This document shows positions 53,222 through 63,562 of a stretch of DNA of 64,000 bases, piece by piece; the stretch's first letter is position 1; each line of letters starts with the position of its first letter. The DNA comes from a virus: the IMG/VR virus record IMGVR_UViG_3300017435_000029; one strand, written 5' to 3'. The notes below the pieces were generated by a model. It searched no databases. It had not been told where the DNA came from and saw only the letters and a list, made by a program, of their open reading frames with translations. The translations under genes were made by a program, and so were the position numbers.

Positions 53222-56200
53222 TGGGTCTCGAAGTAATCATCATCGCGGCAGCGGCGTTCGTCATCTCGGCGGCGTCCGCAGCCTACCAGGTCGTGCAGGC
53301 CAAGAAGATGAAGGCGCAGGCGCAGGCCGCGGCGGACGCCCGCAAGGGCTTCGAGCTGGTGGTCGAGGGCGAGCCCGAGTACCTGCCCATCGTCTACGGT
53401 CGCGCCATGATCGGCGGCACCCGCACGTACCACAACACGCGCAACGACTTCGCTTTCGATGCGCCGAACTCGGACAAGAGCTTCCTGACGGGCTCCCCGG
53501 CCTACGCCGGGTACAACTACACCTACTCCATCTGGGACGCGAACCTGTACGCTCAGCTGGGGATGCTCGGCACCGTATCGCAGCAGGGGTCCGGCTACAT
53601 GTCCGGCCCGCTGTCCGGCGGCAAGAACGACTTCCTCGCGTACCAGCAGGCCCTCTGCGTGGGGCCGATCAACGCCGTCAGGGACGTGATCATCGACGGC
53701 GCGCGGTTCATCGACGACCCCACCCTGGGGACGTACGGCGAGATCCAGGCCACCACGGGCAAGAAGAAGACGTCCGGGGTCAAGGCCGCGCTGCGCCTGG
53801 ACTACCACTACAACGGCGGGGCGGACTCCGTCATGGCCGCCAACTTCCCCGAGCGCAAGGACTCCAAGTTCACTCGGGCGGCCTACCTGTCGGCCTTCTT
53901 CCGCATCGACCGGGACGACCCCCAGTTCCAGGGCGTCCCCGGCGTGCAGAGCTACATCGAGGGCCGCAAGGTCCGCTGGGTGGCGAACGGCGTCCTGTCG
54001 ACCACCAAGTCGTACGAGGAGGACCCGACCAAGTACCGCTACACGACGAGCCCGTCGCTCTGCCTGCTCGACTACCTGCTCGACAGGGAGAACGGGAAGG
54101 GCTGTGACGTCGGCGACTTGGACCTGTTCAGCTTCGAGGCGGCCGACGCGCTCTGCCGCAAGGTGGTGCAGTCGGGCGTGGCCGTCGGGGGCAAGTTCTG
54201 GAAGCCGACCGACGGGATCGGCGCGACGGACACCCGCGACCTGCCGCTCTACGAGTGCAACATCGTCGTGGACACCAGCAAGCCCGTCCGCGAGAACGTG
54301 GAGGCCATCCTCTCCACGATGGGCGACGCGCGGCTGGTCTGGTCGGGCGGCAAGTACCGTCTGAGCATGCAGTACCCGGAGACGAACGACAAGATCGTTC
54401 TGGCCGGCGTGATCACCGACGACGACCTCGTGATGGGCGAGGACGTCAGCATCGCGTGGCCGACCGCCAGCGACCGCTACAACCACTGCAAGATCCGCTT
54501 CCACAACGAGTACGAGGGGTTCAAGGAGGACAGCGTCTCCTGGCCGCCCAAGTACAACAACAGCTACGCCCGAGGCATCGGTGCCCAGAGCTACCCGCAG
54601 GGCGTGGGCGGCTGGGACGAGCTCAAGGAGGGCGGCCGCCTGCTGAGCGCCTACGGCGTCTGGAACGGGGCCGGCGACAGCACCAGCATGACCTGGAAGC
54701 TGCGCGTGAACCCGGACCAAGCCGGCACCTACGCCCTCGCGGCCACCGGCGACAACACCATCAGCGTCAGCATCAAGGACGACCAGAGCGGGGCCAGCGT
54801 GCTGTCCCTCAGCAACAACAACTGGAAGGTCCCCGCTAAGCGGTCGGTGACGCTCGGCTCCTCGGCGGGCGTCCGGGTCTACACCATCACCGTCAGCGGC
54901 ACGAACGACGGCAACGCGGCCAAGGCGGTGGCGGTCAAGATCGACAACGCCAACGTGGTGCTCTGGACGACCCGCAGCACGTCCTACGACAGCTACGCCC
55001 AGGTCACCGAGAGCGACGCGGTCTACAAGGAGATGCTGGCCGAGGACAACGGGCTGGAGCTCGAGGCCGACATCTTCTCGGACGGCATCACCGACACCCA
55101 GCACGCGCTGGCAAAGGCGGAGGAGCTCGTCCGGTCGAGCCGCACGGCGGCCGGGTACAAGTTCAAGTACGTGGTCACCGACCGCTTCTACGAGCCCGGC
55201 GACTTCGTTCAGCTGAAGAGCCTGACCCTGAACGTCGGCTACGCACAGCCCCTGTACCTCCGTGTCGAGGGCGTCAAGGTGGTCGGCGACGACCGCTGCG
55301 AGGTCGAGGCGTCTCGCTTCGACTACACCCAGCTCGCCTGGAACGTCAAGGACGACGTCAACATCAGCGCCCCGCCGGTGTACAACATCGTCCTGCCGCA
55401 GCCCTACGAGATCAGGTACCTGGCCCCGAACAAGGACAACACGGACAGCTCGGGACGGCTGGAGTGCGACCCCGTCGCGTTCCCGGAGTTCTCGGCCTAC
55501 GTGTGGTTCATGCACAGGGCCGGGGTGGACGGCACGGACGGGGACGGCAAGCCGATCCTCACCGAGATCGCCCGCACCACCACGCCCAGCTACGACCTGC
55601 CGAGCGTCAACGCGGCGAGCGCGTTCTTCGGCGTCAAGGCGCTGTCGTCCAACGGTCGCATGTCTCGGATCACGACGACGGACCCCCGCGCCGCGATCAC
55701 GCTGACCCACAACTGGCTCCGCGCCGTCACCATCGACGCGCCCGTGACCACCTTCCTGAAGCAGGACGGCGGCGGCTTCGCCCCGGTCACCCTCTCCCTC
55801 GTGGCGAGGGCCCAGGGCTTCGTCAGCCCCACGTTCGAGTGGTACCTCGGCTCGACCCGCGTGGGCACGGGCGGGACGCTCGTGGTGGCCGGCTTCAACG
55901 AGAGCTCGCGCGTCTACTCCCTGCTGGCCAAGGAGGCGTCCGACCCGACCGGCGTGACCGCCGACGCGGACGTGACCATCCTGTCCTACTCAGCGGCCGA
56001 GGCGGGCTCCACCCGCGGCTCTCCCAACGACACCTACGTCGCCGGCCAGAAGGCCCAGGACCTCGTCAAGAGCGCCAAGGACAGCAAGGACGCCATCGGG
56101 GACGCCAACAGCGGCCTCACCAAGGCCCTGAACGACACCGCCACTGCCATCAGCAGCGCCGACTCGGCCATCAACAGGTCGATCACCGCCGCAAAGAAGG

Positions 56201-59200
56201 TGGCCGACGACGCGGCCCTGGCGATCAGCAGCTCGACCTCCACCCTGAACGTCAGCATAGCGAACGCCAAGAAGGCGGGCGACGACGCCAGCGCGAAGGT
56301 CGACACCACGGCGAGCGCGCTGCAGGTCAACATCAACGCCGCTAAGAAGGCGGGCGACGACGCGGCGGCCGGGGTGACGGCGGAGGTCAACAACCGGCTG
56401 GCCGATACGCAGTCCATACGCACGACCCTTATCGGGAGCATCCAGAGCGGCAAGACCGTCTCTAGCCTGCTGACCGACGAGGCCGTCACTCGAGCGGCCG
56501 ACGACAGCGCCATGAGCGCCCGCATCACGGTCAACGAGACCAACTACGGCTGGACCGGCTTCACGCCCAACCCGAAGTTCGGCCAGTACGCGACGACCAG
56601 CGGTCGCCCCGCCTACTGGAACAACGAGGGCGACCCCGGAGCCGCCCGCCTGACGCGCGTCCTGGGGGAGGGCGGCGTGGGCTACGCGCTGCGCGCCAGC
56701 ACGACGGCGGGCGTGGGGACCTACATGAGCGCGGCTAGCCCGATGGGTGTCGTGCGCCAGAGCCAGTGGATCGTCCTCGAGATGGACGTGAAGCTGATCT
56801 CCGGCACGCTGCAGGGGCTGGGGATCTTCGCCCGCACCCGGACCAGCGGCGGCGCCAACTCCAACGAGTACTCCCTGAAGTGCGGATCCGACCCGGACAC
56901 CAGCGGCGGCGCTCCTGGGGACGGGGCGGCGGGCAAGACCTACCGATTCCGCAAGCTGATGCAGATCACCAACGCCGACGCGGACCAGCTGGTCACCTTC
57001 CTGGGCCTCAAGATGGGCCAGACCAGCAGCCCGAGCAACAACACCGGCGTGGACAGCGTCTACGAGCTGTACCTGGTCAACGTGCGCCCCGCCACGGACC
57101 CCGAGATCAAGGCGCAGAAGGCCGACGACACCCTCAACACGCCCCAGTCCGGCGTGGTGGCTCGGCTCCAGACGGTCCAGACGACCCTGGGCGACAGCAC
57201 CTCGGGTCTCGTCAAGTCGTTCAACGACCTCAACGTCCAGATCAACCCGACCGGCGGTCCCAGCGTTACGGCGCGCCTGAGCACCGCCGAGCTCGCCATC
57301 GGCGACAGCACCAAGGGGCTAGTGAAGAAGACCAACGACCTCAGCACGAGCGTCACTAAGTCCGGCCAGCAGATCATGCCGGAGAACATGCTCAACCCCG
57401 GCAACTGGACGAGCCAGGAGCTCGTTCTCCAGCCGACGGTGTTCGACCTGACGGAGTCGCGCTTCTACCTCAACGGCGAGGGCGTGATGACCTTCACCAC
57501 CAACGCGGGCGAGAGCATCAAGCTGGCACCGACCTGGTTCTTCAAGCCGCAGAAGGACCGTACCTACCGCGTCACGTGGAAGGTCCGTCGCTGGAACGCG
57601 GCGACGAGCGGGACGTCCCTCGTGGATTTCGGCTTCGTCTGGAAGGGCACCAACGGCGGTGACAACTACGCCACCAAGTCGGTAGACGCCTCCACGCTCA
57701 AGGGCAGCGCGACGGACTACGACGAGCTGTCCTACGAGATGAAGGGCATCGACGGTATGGGCTGGGCTCGGCCCCGCGTCCACCTGAACAACGGCGGCGG
57801 CGCGGGGGCGCGCTTCATGGTGGCCGGGTGCAGCGTCCAAGACGTGACGGAGATCCTGGACACTCGCGCCAGCGTCAAGGACATCTCGACGGCCATCAGC
57901 ACCCCCGGCACCGGCTACGCGGCGAAGATCAGCGCGCTGGAGACCTCGGTAGGCAACAACACCACGGGCAAGAGCCTGACCGCGCGGCTGGAGGCTACGG
58001 AGAGCGCTCTCAACGACGGCACCACCGGCGTAGTGGCGCGCACGAGCAAGCTCGAGGTGCGGCCTATCCCGGCGGGCAACATGCTGCCCAACACCAGCTG
58101 GCCGAACAAGAAGACCACCGGTTGGAACGTTCCGACGGGGCTCAACATCGGGGTGAACAACCCTACCGACGAGTGGCATCCCAAGGACGAGAACGTCTTC
58201 TCCCTGTACTCGCAGGGGGACGCCGGCGTCACCGGCTACGCGGCGGCGCAGATCAGCGAGCGGTTGCCCGTGGACGACACCCGCTGGTACCAGTTCTACT
58301 CCTTCAACGCCGCGCACCGCTGCAGGGCCGAGATGCGGATGATCTGGTTCGACGCCTCGGGTGCGCAGATCACCAGCCAGACCAACTGGACGGGCGGGGC
58401 CACCGTGGCCACCGGCGGCGTGGATCCGAAGAACTACACTCAGATGGGCTTCAAGTCGGTCAAGCCGCCTGCAGGCGCGGTGCAGGTCGAGGTGGGGCTC
58501 GGCAAGTGGGGGACGGTCTCGGGCGAGACTAACAGCTGGATGTTCATCTGGCGCCCCTACTTCGGTGAGACCTACGAGGGCAACACCGCCTGGAACCCCT
58601 ACGTGCCCGGCAACGGCACCACGGTCTTGGACGACACGTCCTCACGCCTCGCTACGGCCGAGACGGTCATCGGCACGGCCAGCTCGGGGCTCGTCAAGAA
58701 GACCGAGGACCTGAACGTCCAGATCAACAAGGCGGGCGACGGCATCAACGCAAAGTTGACCGACACCCGGCTGGTGGTGGGCGACGCCAACAGCGGCCTA
58801 GTCCAGAAGGTCACCTCGCTGGACAGCCAGCTCAACACCCAGGGCACCGGCGTGGCGGCCAAGCTCACGGACCTGACCACCACGGTCACAGATCCGACTA
58901 ACGGTCTCACCAGCCGGATGAGCAGGGCTGAGACGCGTTACGGGCAGCTGCCCGTTCGCTTTCTGGTCAGGTCGGCGGGCTACGCCGGAACGGATGCTCC
59001 CTGGGGCAACACGAGCACGGGCCTGTACGCTGCTGACGGGACGGCTCTGTTTGCCGTGGGTCGCAGCTACGGTGCGGTCGTGTTCGGCAGCGGCAGCAAC
59101 GCCATCTCGTTTTCGAAGGTGTACGACGTCTACGGGAGCACCGCTGCGGCCACCGAGCTGGCCAACATGCTGAACGGCGTGACGAAGGGCCAGACGATCG

Positions 59201-62200
59201 TCATCATGACGAACGACGAGCCTGTCAACAACCACTTGCAGGCCGACCTGCTCGCCGCCATGGAGGGCATCGGCGCTGGACAGGGCTACCGCAACATCAA
59301 GAACCGGGGCGCGTACGTGCTCATCGGTCGTGCGGGCCTGGGCAAGGGCAGGGGCCTGGAGCTGGTCGGCGGCCTCGTCGACAGCGACCCCAAGGCCTTC
59401 GTGGAGACCTACTTCGACCTGTACAAGGGCATCCCCGACCTGTCGGGCAACGGCGACGCCGTCGGCACCAACGCGCGCCTGACCACGACGGAGAGCACCC
59501 TCTCCGACCCGAGCACGGGCGTGGTGAAGCGCCTCGCGGACCTCTACACGGACGTCAACACGGGCTCCACCAGCGTCAAGGGTCGCCTCAGCACCGCCGA
59601 GACGGCCATCAGCACCAACGACACCGCCATCACGAAGCGGGCGTCGGTGCTGGAGAGCGCTGCGCTGCTGGACGGCGCTGCCCTGAACGCGAACCCACGC
59701 TTCGGCGTCTGGCCCACCGACCAGGAGCTGCCGCTGGGCTACAACTGGTGGAACAAGCCCTCGGGCGCCTCTGCTACCCGCATCACGCAGGACGCCTTCG
59801 GCACCGGCTCGAAGAACGTGCGCATCGTCGCGCCCGCCTCCGAGTGCGGCTTGGGTATGGTTAACGTGCCGTTCATTGTCAAGGGCTGGTACGTCATCGA
59901 CGTCGCGGCGGCCATCCGCAGCGGCGACTGGAGGGGTGCCGGCGTGACGGCCGGGGGCCAGGCGAGCATCGACTTTGCCTCTACGCCCGATAACGACGGC
60001 GTGACCACCAGCTCCGCGAGCGTGGTGGACAGGCGGTGGACGCAGCTGGTGTACATCGGCACCGGCGGCAACGTCAACTTCCACTGCATGGCCAATTGGA
60101 CGCCGTTCAACAAGGGGTTGGTGGCTAAGACCGTAGACTTCGTGTCGGCCTCGATCCGCCCCGCCTCCCGCGCGGAGGTGCTGGGTCAGCAGGCCAGCGA
60201 GTCGCTGCTCGGAGACAACGGCGTGATCGCGCGCCTCGGCAGCACCGAGACGGCCATCGGCAACAAGGACAGCGGTCTCGTGAAGAAGACCGAGGACCTG
60301 TCGGTGCTGCTCAACGCCGCCAACACTGGTGTCGTGGCCCGGCTCGGCAGCGTGGTAACCGCGGTGGGTGACGCCAACAGCGGCCTCACGCAGCGCGTGA
60401 ACACTGCGGATACCATCTTCAAGAAGTCGGCGCAGAGCATCCTGCCCACCAGCATCGGCAACCCGAGCCAGTGGACCAACGATGAGGGCAACATCAACGC
60501 CACCGGCTTCGTGATGAACGACGGCCACTTCATCATGATGGACGAGAACTTCCCGGCGTTCGTGTCGGCGGCGGGCGAGTCCATCCTGATCTCGGCGATG
60601 TGGTTCTTCAAGCCGCAGAAGGACCGCACCTACCGCATCGTGTGGAAGGTGCGTCGCCTGGGCAACGTGTCCAGCGGCAACTCGCAGGTTCACGCTGGCT
60701 TCTTCTGGCGGGCGTCCAACAACACCGGCAACTACTCGCAGAGGCAGCTGCAGTCGTCGGAGATCGTGGACAACGCGTGGGACTATACCACGATCGTCCA
60801 CGACATGAGGGCCATCGCCAACATGGCCTGGGCTCGCCCTCGCATCCACCTCAACGTGAACGCGGGCGGTGGCGTGAGGTACGCCGTCGCCGGCTGCGAG
60901 GTCTATGACGTCACCGAGGAGTACGCCTCGAACGGTCGCATCACCAACGTCGAGACGACGCTGGGCGACGACACCAAGGGTCTGGTCAAGCGCACCAACG
61001 ACATGCTGGCCACGTTCAACACCCCGACGACGGGCGTGCTGGCGCGCATCGGCACGGCGGAGACGGCCATCGCCGCCAACGACAGTGCGATCACCCAGAG
61101 GGCGAGCGTGCTGGAGTCGTCGGTGGGCCGGAAGGAGTACCTCAACAGGAACGCGGCCTTCACCGAGCCGGGCTACACGGGCGCGCAGAACAGCCTGCCC
61201 GCGTACTGGGACGTGTGGAGCATGGACGGCGGGGGCTACCGCGGCGGCTGGATCAGCCAGAGCCCCAGCAACTACGGGGCCGTCCGACCGGTCCAGGTGG
61301 ACAGGCAGGGCACCAACTGCGGCCTCCGCAACACCCTGTACGGCCAGTTCCCCAAGGGCTGGTACGTGCTGGAGTGCGAGGTGCGCCTGGAGGACGGCAA
61401 CTCCCTGGGCGCGGGCGTGTACACGGAGTTCAACAACGGCCACACCGGCCGCCTGAACTTCAACACCGACCCCGACACCGACGGCTACACTGGACCGCAC
61501 GGCACGGGCAACTACAGCTTCACCAAGCTGGTGTACAACGGCAACAACACGGGTCAGATCCAGCTCTACATGATGGCTGGCTGGGACGGGTTCGCCGGGT
61601 ACCAGGGCTTCCTGCGCACCATCTGGCAGAAGTGCGGCATCAGGCCGGCGACCACCGCCGAGGTGGAGTCGGGCAAGGTGTCGGGCATCAGCGCCAAGGT
61701 GAGCACGCTGGAGGGCACCGTAGCCGACCAGACCGGCAAGCTGACGGCGTACTTCAGCAAGACGGCCTCCGTGCCGGGGGCGGACGCGACGGTTGAGATC
61801 GTCGCCACCAACGCCTCCGGTCAGCCCACGTCTAACGTGGCGCTCACGGCGACCACCATCTCGCTGAAGAACAAGGCCGACGGCAGGGTGATCCCGGCTC
61901 TCACCGCTGAGGGCGGCAACGTGATCATCGCCAACGACCTGGTGGGCGGTAACGGCCGCATCATCTGGAAGTCGAGCACCCACATGAAGGTGAGCGGGAC
62001 GGGCTTCGGCTCGGCCAACCAGTTCATCGAGTGGTACGGGCCCGTCAAGAACAGCGTCAGCGAGTGCACCGAGGCCCAGGCCGTGTACTACCTGCGCACG
62101 GACGGTCAGGCCTTCTTCAACGGCAGCATCGCCGAGGGCCAGCTCCGCAACCAGAAGACCACCTACGACTACGGCAACAGCTCCGTCGCGGTGGGTCCCT

Positions 62201-62595
62201 TCGTAACCAACGGCAAGACGCGCTACTTCGTGGCGAGCCTGGCCTTCTCGCTCACGGGCACCCGCTGGTCCAACCACGCGGACGGAGGCGCCACCAGGGG
62301 CAACTTCCTGCTGGAGCGTCTGAACAGCGACAACACCTGGACCACGCTAGGCACCGGCTCCCTCGGGAACTACCGCTACGAGAGCGCCAACAACGGCGTC
62401 GCCAACGAGGGCGAGCCGTCTCTCGTGCGCAAGTCCGCTTCCGGGACGATCGAGTTCACCGACACCACCGGCGGCACGAACCCGATCCAGCTGCGCGCGA
62501 GGGTGTACGACTTCAGCGACGGGGGCGTCACCGGCAAGGCCTACCAGGCCGACGTCGTCGTGGAGCAGCTGCAGATCACCACCTACGAGCCCTAG
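53221..62595 (+). CDS. giant central tail fibre / host-specificity protein (about 3124 aa) with internal domain duplications and 30-aa shaft repeats
   Basis: RBS GGGGGAGG sits 7 nt before ATG 53221. Contains repeats T-GD--SGLVKKT-DL-VQIN and a duplicated domain of about 105 aa, WFFKPQKDRTYR...AGC-V-DVTE. Confidence 0.8.
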   Translation: MGLEVIIIAAAAFVISAASAAYQVVQAKKMKAQAQAAADARKGFELVVEGEPEYLPIVYGRAMIGGTRTYHNTRNDFAFDAPNSDKSFLTGSPAYAGYNYTYSIWDANLYAQLGMLGTVSQQGSGYMSGPLSGGKNDFLAYQQALCVGPINAVRDVIIDGARFIDDPTLGTYGEIQATTGKKKTSGVKAALRLDYHYNGGADSVMAANFPERKDSKFTRAAYLSAFFRIDRDDPQFQGVPGVQSYIEGRKVRWVANGVLSTTKSYEEDPTKYRYTTSPSLCLLDYLLDRENGKGCDVGDLDLFSFEAADALCRKVVQSGVAVGGKFWKPTDGIGATDTRDLPLYECNIVVDTSKPVRENVEAILSTMGDARLVWSGGKYRLSMQYPETNDKIVLAGVITDDDLVMGEDVSIAWPTASDRYNHCKIRFHNEYEGFKEDSVSWPPKYNNSYARGIGAQSYPQGVGGWDELKEGGRLLSAYGVWNGAGDSTSMTWKLRVNPDQAGTYALAATGDNTISVSIKDDQSGASVLSLSNNNWKVPAKRSVTLGSSAGVRVYTITVSGTNDGNAAKAVAVKIDNANVVLWTTRSTSYDSYAQVTESDAVYKEMLAEDNGLELEADIFSDGITDTQHALAKAEELVRSSRTAAGYKFKYVVTDRFYEPGDFVQLKSLTLNVGYAQPLYLRVEGVKVVGDDRCEVEASRFDYTQLAWNVKDDVNISAPPVYNIVLPQPYEIRYLAPNKDNTDSSGRLECDPVAFPEFSAYVWFMHRAGVDGTDGDGKPILTEIARTTTPSYDLPSVNAASAFFGVKALSSNGRMSRITTTDPRAAITLTHNWLRAVTIDAPVTTFLKQDGGGFAPVTLSLVARAQGFVSPTFEWYLGSTRVGTGGTLVVAGFNESSRVYSLLAKEASDPTGVTADADVTILSYSAAEAGSTRGSPNDTYVAGQKAQDLVKSAKDSKDAIGDANSGLTKALNDTATAISSADSAINRSITAAKKVADDAALAISSSTSTLNVSIANAKKAGDDASAKVDTTASALQVNINAAKKAGDDAAAGVTAEVNNRLADTQSIRTTLIGSIQSGKTVSSLLTDEAVTRAADDSAMSARITVNETNYGWTGFTPNPKFGQYATTSGRPAYWNNEGDPGAARLTRVLGEGGVGYALRASTTAGVGTYMSAASPMGVVRQSQWIVLEMDVKLISGTLQGLGIFARTRTSGGANSNEYSLKCGSDPDTSGGAPGDGAAGKTYRFRKLMQITNADADQLVTFLGLKMGQTSSPSNNTGVDSVYELYLVNVRPATDPEIKAQKADDTLNTPQSGVVARLQTVQTTLGDSTSGLVKSFNDLNVQINPTGGPSVTARLSTAELAIGDSTKGLVKKTNDLSTSVTKSGQQIMPENMLNPGNWTSQELVLQPTVFDLTESRFYLNGEGVMTFTTNAGESIKLAPTWFFKPQKDRTYRVTWKVRRWNAATSGTSLVDFGFVWKGTNGGDNYATKSVDASTLKGSATDYDELSYEMKGIDGMGWARPRVHLNNGGGAGARFMVAGCSVQDVTEILDTRASVKDISTAISTPGTGYAAKISALETSVGNNTTGKSLTARLEATESALNDGTTGVVARTSKLEVRPIPAGNMLPNTSWPNKKTTGWNVPTGLNIGVNNPTDEWHPKDENVFSLYSQGDAGVTGYAAAQISERLPVDDTRWYQFYSFNAAHRCRAEMRMIWFDASGAQITSQTNWTGGATVATGGVDPKNYTQMGFKSVKPPAGAVQVEVGLGKWGTVSGETNSWMFIWRPYFGETYEGNTAWNPYVPGNGTTVLDDTSSRLATAETVIGTASSGLVKKTEDLNVQINKAGDGINAKLTDTRLVVGDANSGLVQKVTSLDSQLNTQGTGVAAKLTDLTTTVTDPTNGLTSRMSRAETRYGQLPVRFLVRSAGYAGTDAPWGNTSTGLYAADGTALFAVGRSYGAVVFGSGSNAISFSKVYDVYGSTAAATELANMLNGVTKGQTIVIMTNDEPVNNHLQADLLAAMEGIGAGQGYRNIKNRGAYVLIGRAGLGKGRGLELVGGLVDSDPKAFVETYFDLYKGIPDLSGNGDAVGTNARLTTTESTLSDPSTGVVKRLADLYTDVNTGSTSVKGRLSTAETAISTNDTAITKRASVLESAALLDGAALNANPRFGVWPTDQELPLGYNWWNKPSGASATRITQDAFGTGSKNVRIVAPASECGLGMVNVPFIVKGWYVIDVAAAIRSGDWRGAGVTAGGQASIDFASTPDNDGVTTSSASVVDRRWTQLVYIGTGGNVNFHCMANWTPFNKGLVAKTVDFVSASIRPASRAEVLGQQASESLLGDNGVIARLGSTETAIGNKDSGLVKKTEDLSVLLNAANTGVVARLGSVVTAVGDANSGLTQRVNTADTIFKKSAQSILPTSIGNPSQWTNDEGNINATGFVMNDGHFIMMDENFPAFVSAAGESILISAMWFFKPQKDRTYRIVWKVRRLGNVSSGNSQVHAGFFWRASNNTGNYSQRQLQSSEIVDNAWDYTTIVHDMRAIANMAWARPRIHLNVNAGGGVRYAVAGCEVYDVTEEYASNGRITNVETTLGDDTKGLVKRTNDMLATFNTPTTGVLARIGTAETAIAANDSAITQRASVLESSVGRKEYLNRNAAFTEPGYTGAQNSLPAYWDVWSMDGGGYRGGWISQSPSNYGAVRPVQVDRQGTNCGLRNTLYGQFPKGWYVLECEVRLEDGNSLGAGVYTEFNNGHTGRLNFNTDPDTDGYTGPHGTGNYSFTKLVYNGNNTGQIQLYMMAGWDGFAGYQGFLRTIWQKCGIRPATTAEVESGKVSGISAKVSTLEGTVADQTGKLTAYFSKTASVPGADATVEIVATNASGQPTSNVALTATTISLKNKADGRVIPALTAEGGNVIIANDLVGGNGRIIWKSSTHMKVSGTGFGSANQFIEWYGPVKNSVSECTEAQAVYYLRTDGQAFFNGSIAEGQLRNQKTTYDYGNSSVAVGPFVTNGKTRYFVASLAFSLTGTRWSNHADGGATRGNFLLERLNSDNTWTTLGTGSLGNYRYESANNGVANEGEPSLVRKSASGTIEFTDTTGGTNPIQLRARVYDFSDGGVTGKAYQADVVVEQLQITTYEP
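57529..57852 (+). repeat. intragenic duplicated domain, copy 1 (PTWFFKPQKDRTYRVTWKVRRW...AGCSVQDVTE); coordinates approximate
   Basis: About 60% amino-acid identity with copy 2 at 60595-60918. Confidence 0.6.
60595..60918 (+). repeat. intragenic duplicated domain, copy 2 (AMWFFKPQKDRTYRIVWKVRRL...AGCEVYDVTE); coordinates approximate
   Basis: Paralogous to 57529-57852. Confidence 0.6.
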
Positions 62596-62656
62596 GGGGC
62601 CTCTCGGGGGAGGGCAATCCCGCCCTCCCTCCACGATAGACAGAGTGAGACAAGTA

Positions 62657-62938
62657 ATGGCTACCAAGGAAGAGCTCGACAACTTCTACGCCGCGATCCG
62701 GGCCTCCGAGAAGGAGCTCGTCGAGGCGATCGACGCCATCGCCAAGGACGTCACCGGTCGGCTCGACGCGCTGGCGGAGGGCGTGCCCACCAACGGCCAG
62801 GACAGCGCGGCGTGCCAGCTGCTGAACCGGGTGCGCGGCGCTGTTGGCATGGCCTTCGGCTTCGACCTCGAGAACGTGAAGCGCTCGTACGGGGTCGGCG
62901 CGGACGAGGCCGCCGAAGCGCCCGCGACCGAGGCGTGA
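62657..62938 (+). CDS. hypothetical protein (93 aa)
   Basis: ORF downstream of the fibre gene. Confidence 0.45.
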   Translation: MATKEELDNFYAAIRASEKELVEAIDAIAKDVTGRLDALAEGVPTNGQDSAACQLLNRVRGAVGMAFGFDLENVKRSYGVGADEAAEAPATEA

Positions 62939-63519
62939 CCATACGGAGGGCTCGCAGGAGCGACCTGCCGGCCCTCTCGAGGCTGTCGAGGTCGCTCTTC
63001 GAGAAGTACAACGACCCCGACTTCCCCGTGACGGAGGCGTCGTGCGCCGAGGCGTTCGAGACCTTCGCACGCATGCCCTACTTCAGGGTGATGGAGCGCG
63101 GGGACGCGGTGGTGGGGTGGCTGGCGGCGGGCGAGGGGGCTGGCATGTTCCACTCTTCGACCAAGGCGCTGAGCCAGCTGTACTACCACAGCGAGCTGTC
63201 CGGCCTCTCCGCCGCGAGGGCGCTGGTGGAGTTCCACGAGAACCTGTTCCTGTTCGCGGAGTCCAGGGGCTACGAGGTCGTCGTCACGAGCAGCGTGCTG
63301 CCTTCGTCCGAGACGTTCTCAAGGCTCCTGGAGAGGGCGGGGTGGACGCGCGGGGAGCGCCGCCTCACCCGGCGGACCCGCTGGCACCCGCTCGCCAAGG
63401 CAGGGGCGGCTCGGGCGGCTCCCCGGTGCGAGGGTGCCGGGTCGGCGTCGCGCCGCTCTCCGGGGCTCTCTGCTAGGGGCGCGGACCTGCGCACCCGCGA
63501 GGAAGCCGACGCGGGCTGA
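62935..63519 (+). CDS. GNAT-like acetyltransferase (tentative) with a low-complexity C-terminal tail
   Basis: The N-terminus IRRARRSDLPALSRLSRSLFEKY is typical of GNAT proteins; the last ~50 aa are R/A-rich and may not be coding. Confidence 0.4.
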   Translation: MTIRRARRSDLPALSRLSRSLFEKYNDPDFPVTEASCAEAFETFARMPYFRVMERGDAVVGWLAAGEGAGMFHSSTKALSQLYYHSELSGLSAARALVEFHENLFLFAESRGYEVVVTSSVLPSSETFSRLLERAGWTRGERRLTRRTRWHPLAKAGAARAAPRCEGAGSASRRSPGLSARGADLRTREEADAG

Positions 63520-63545
63520 CCGCGTGCGGGGCCGGCTTCGCGCCA

Positions 63546-63562
63546 CCCCGTTAAATTAACCC
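63546..63562 (+). promoter_or_regulatory. conserved element CCCCGTTAAATTAACCC, copy 5, upstream of the holin-like gene
   Basis: Exact core, plus a downstream leader that is conserved with the one after copy 3. Confidence 0.6.

Noticed and set aside
56040-61140. Periodic nucleotide repeats inside the fibre gene, which could be mistaken for a CRISPR array or tandem DNA repeats
   Set aside because: The repeats are in frame, of variable sequence, and encode a 30-aa structural motif. There are no direct-repeat and spacer units of fixed length.
63370-63519. C-terminal 50 aa of the GNAT-like ORF (RRTRWHPLAKAGAARAAPRCEGAGSASRRSPGLSARG)
   Set aside because: This is probably read-through into non-coding DNA, given the low-complexity Arg/Ala composition. 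The true stop may be obscured, and I kept the ORF end only because no stop codon is present.
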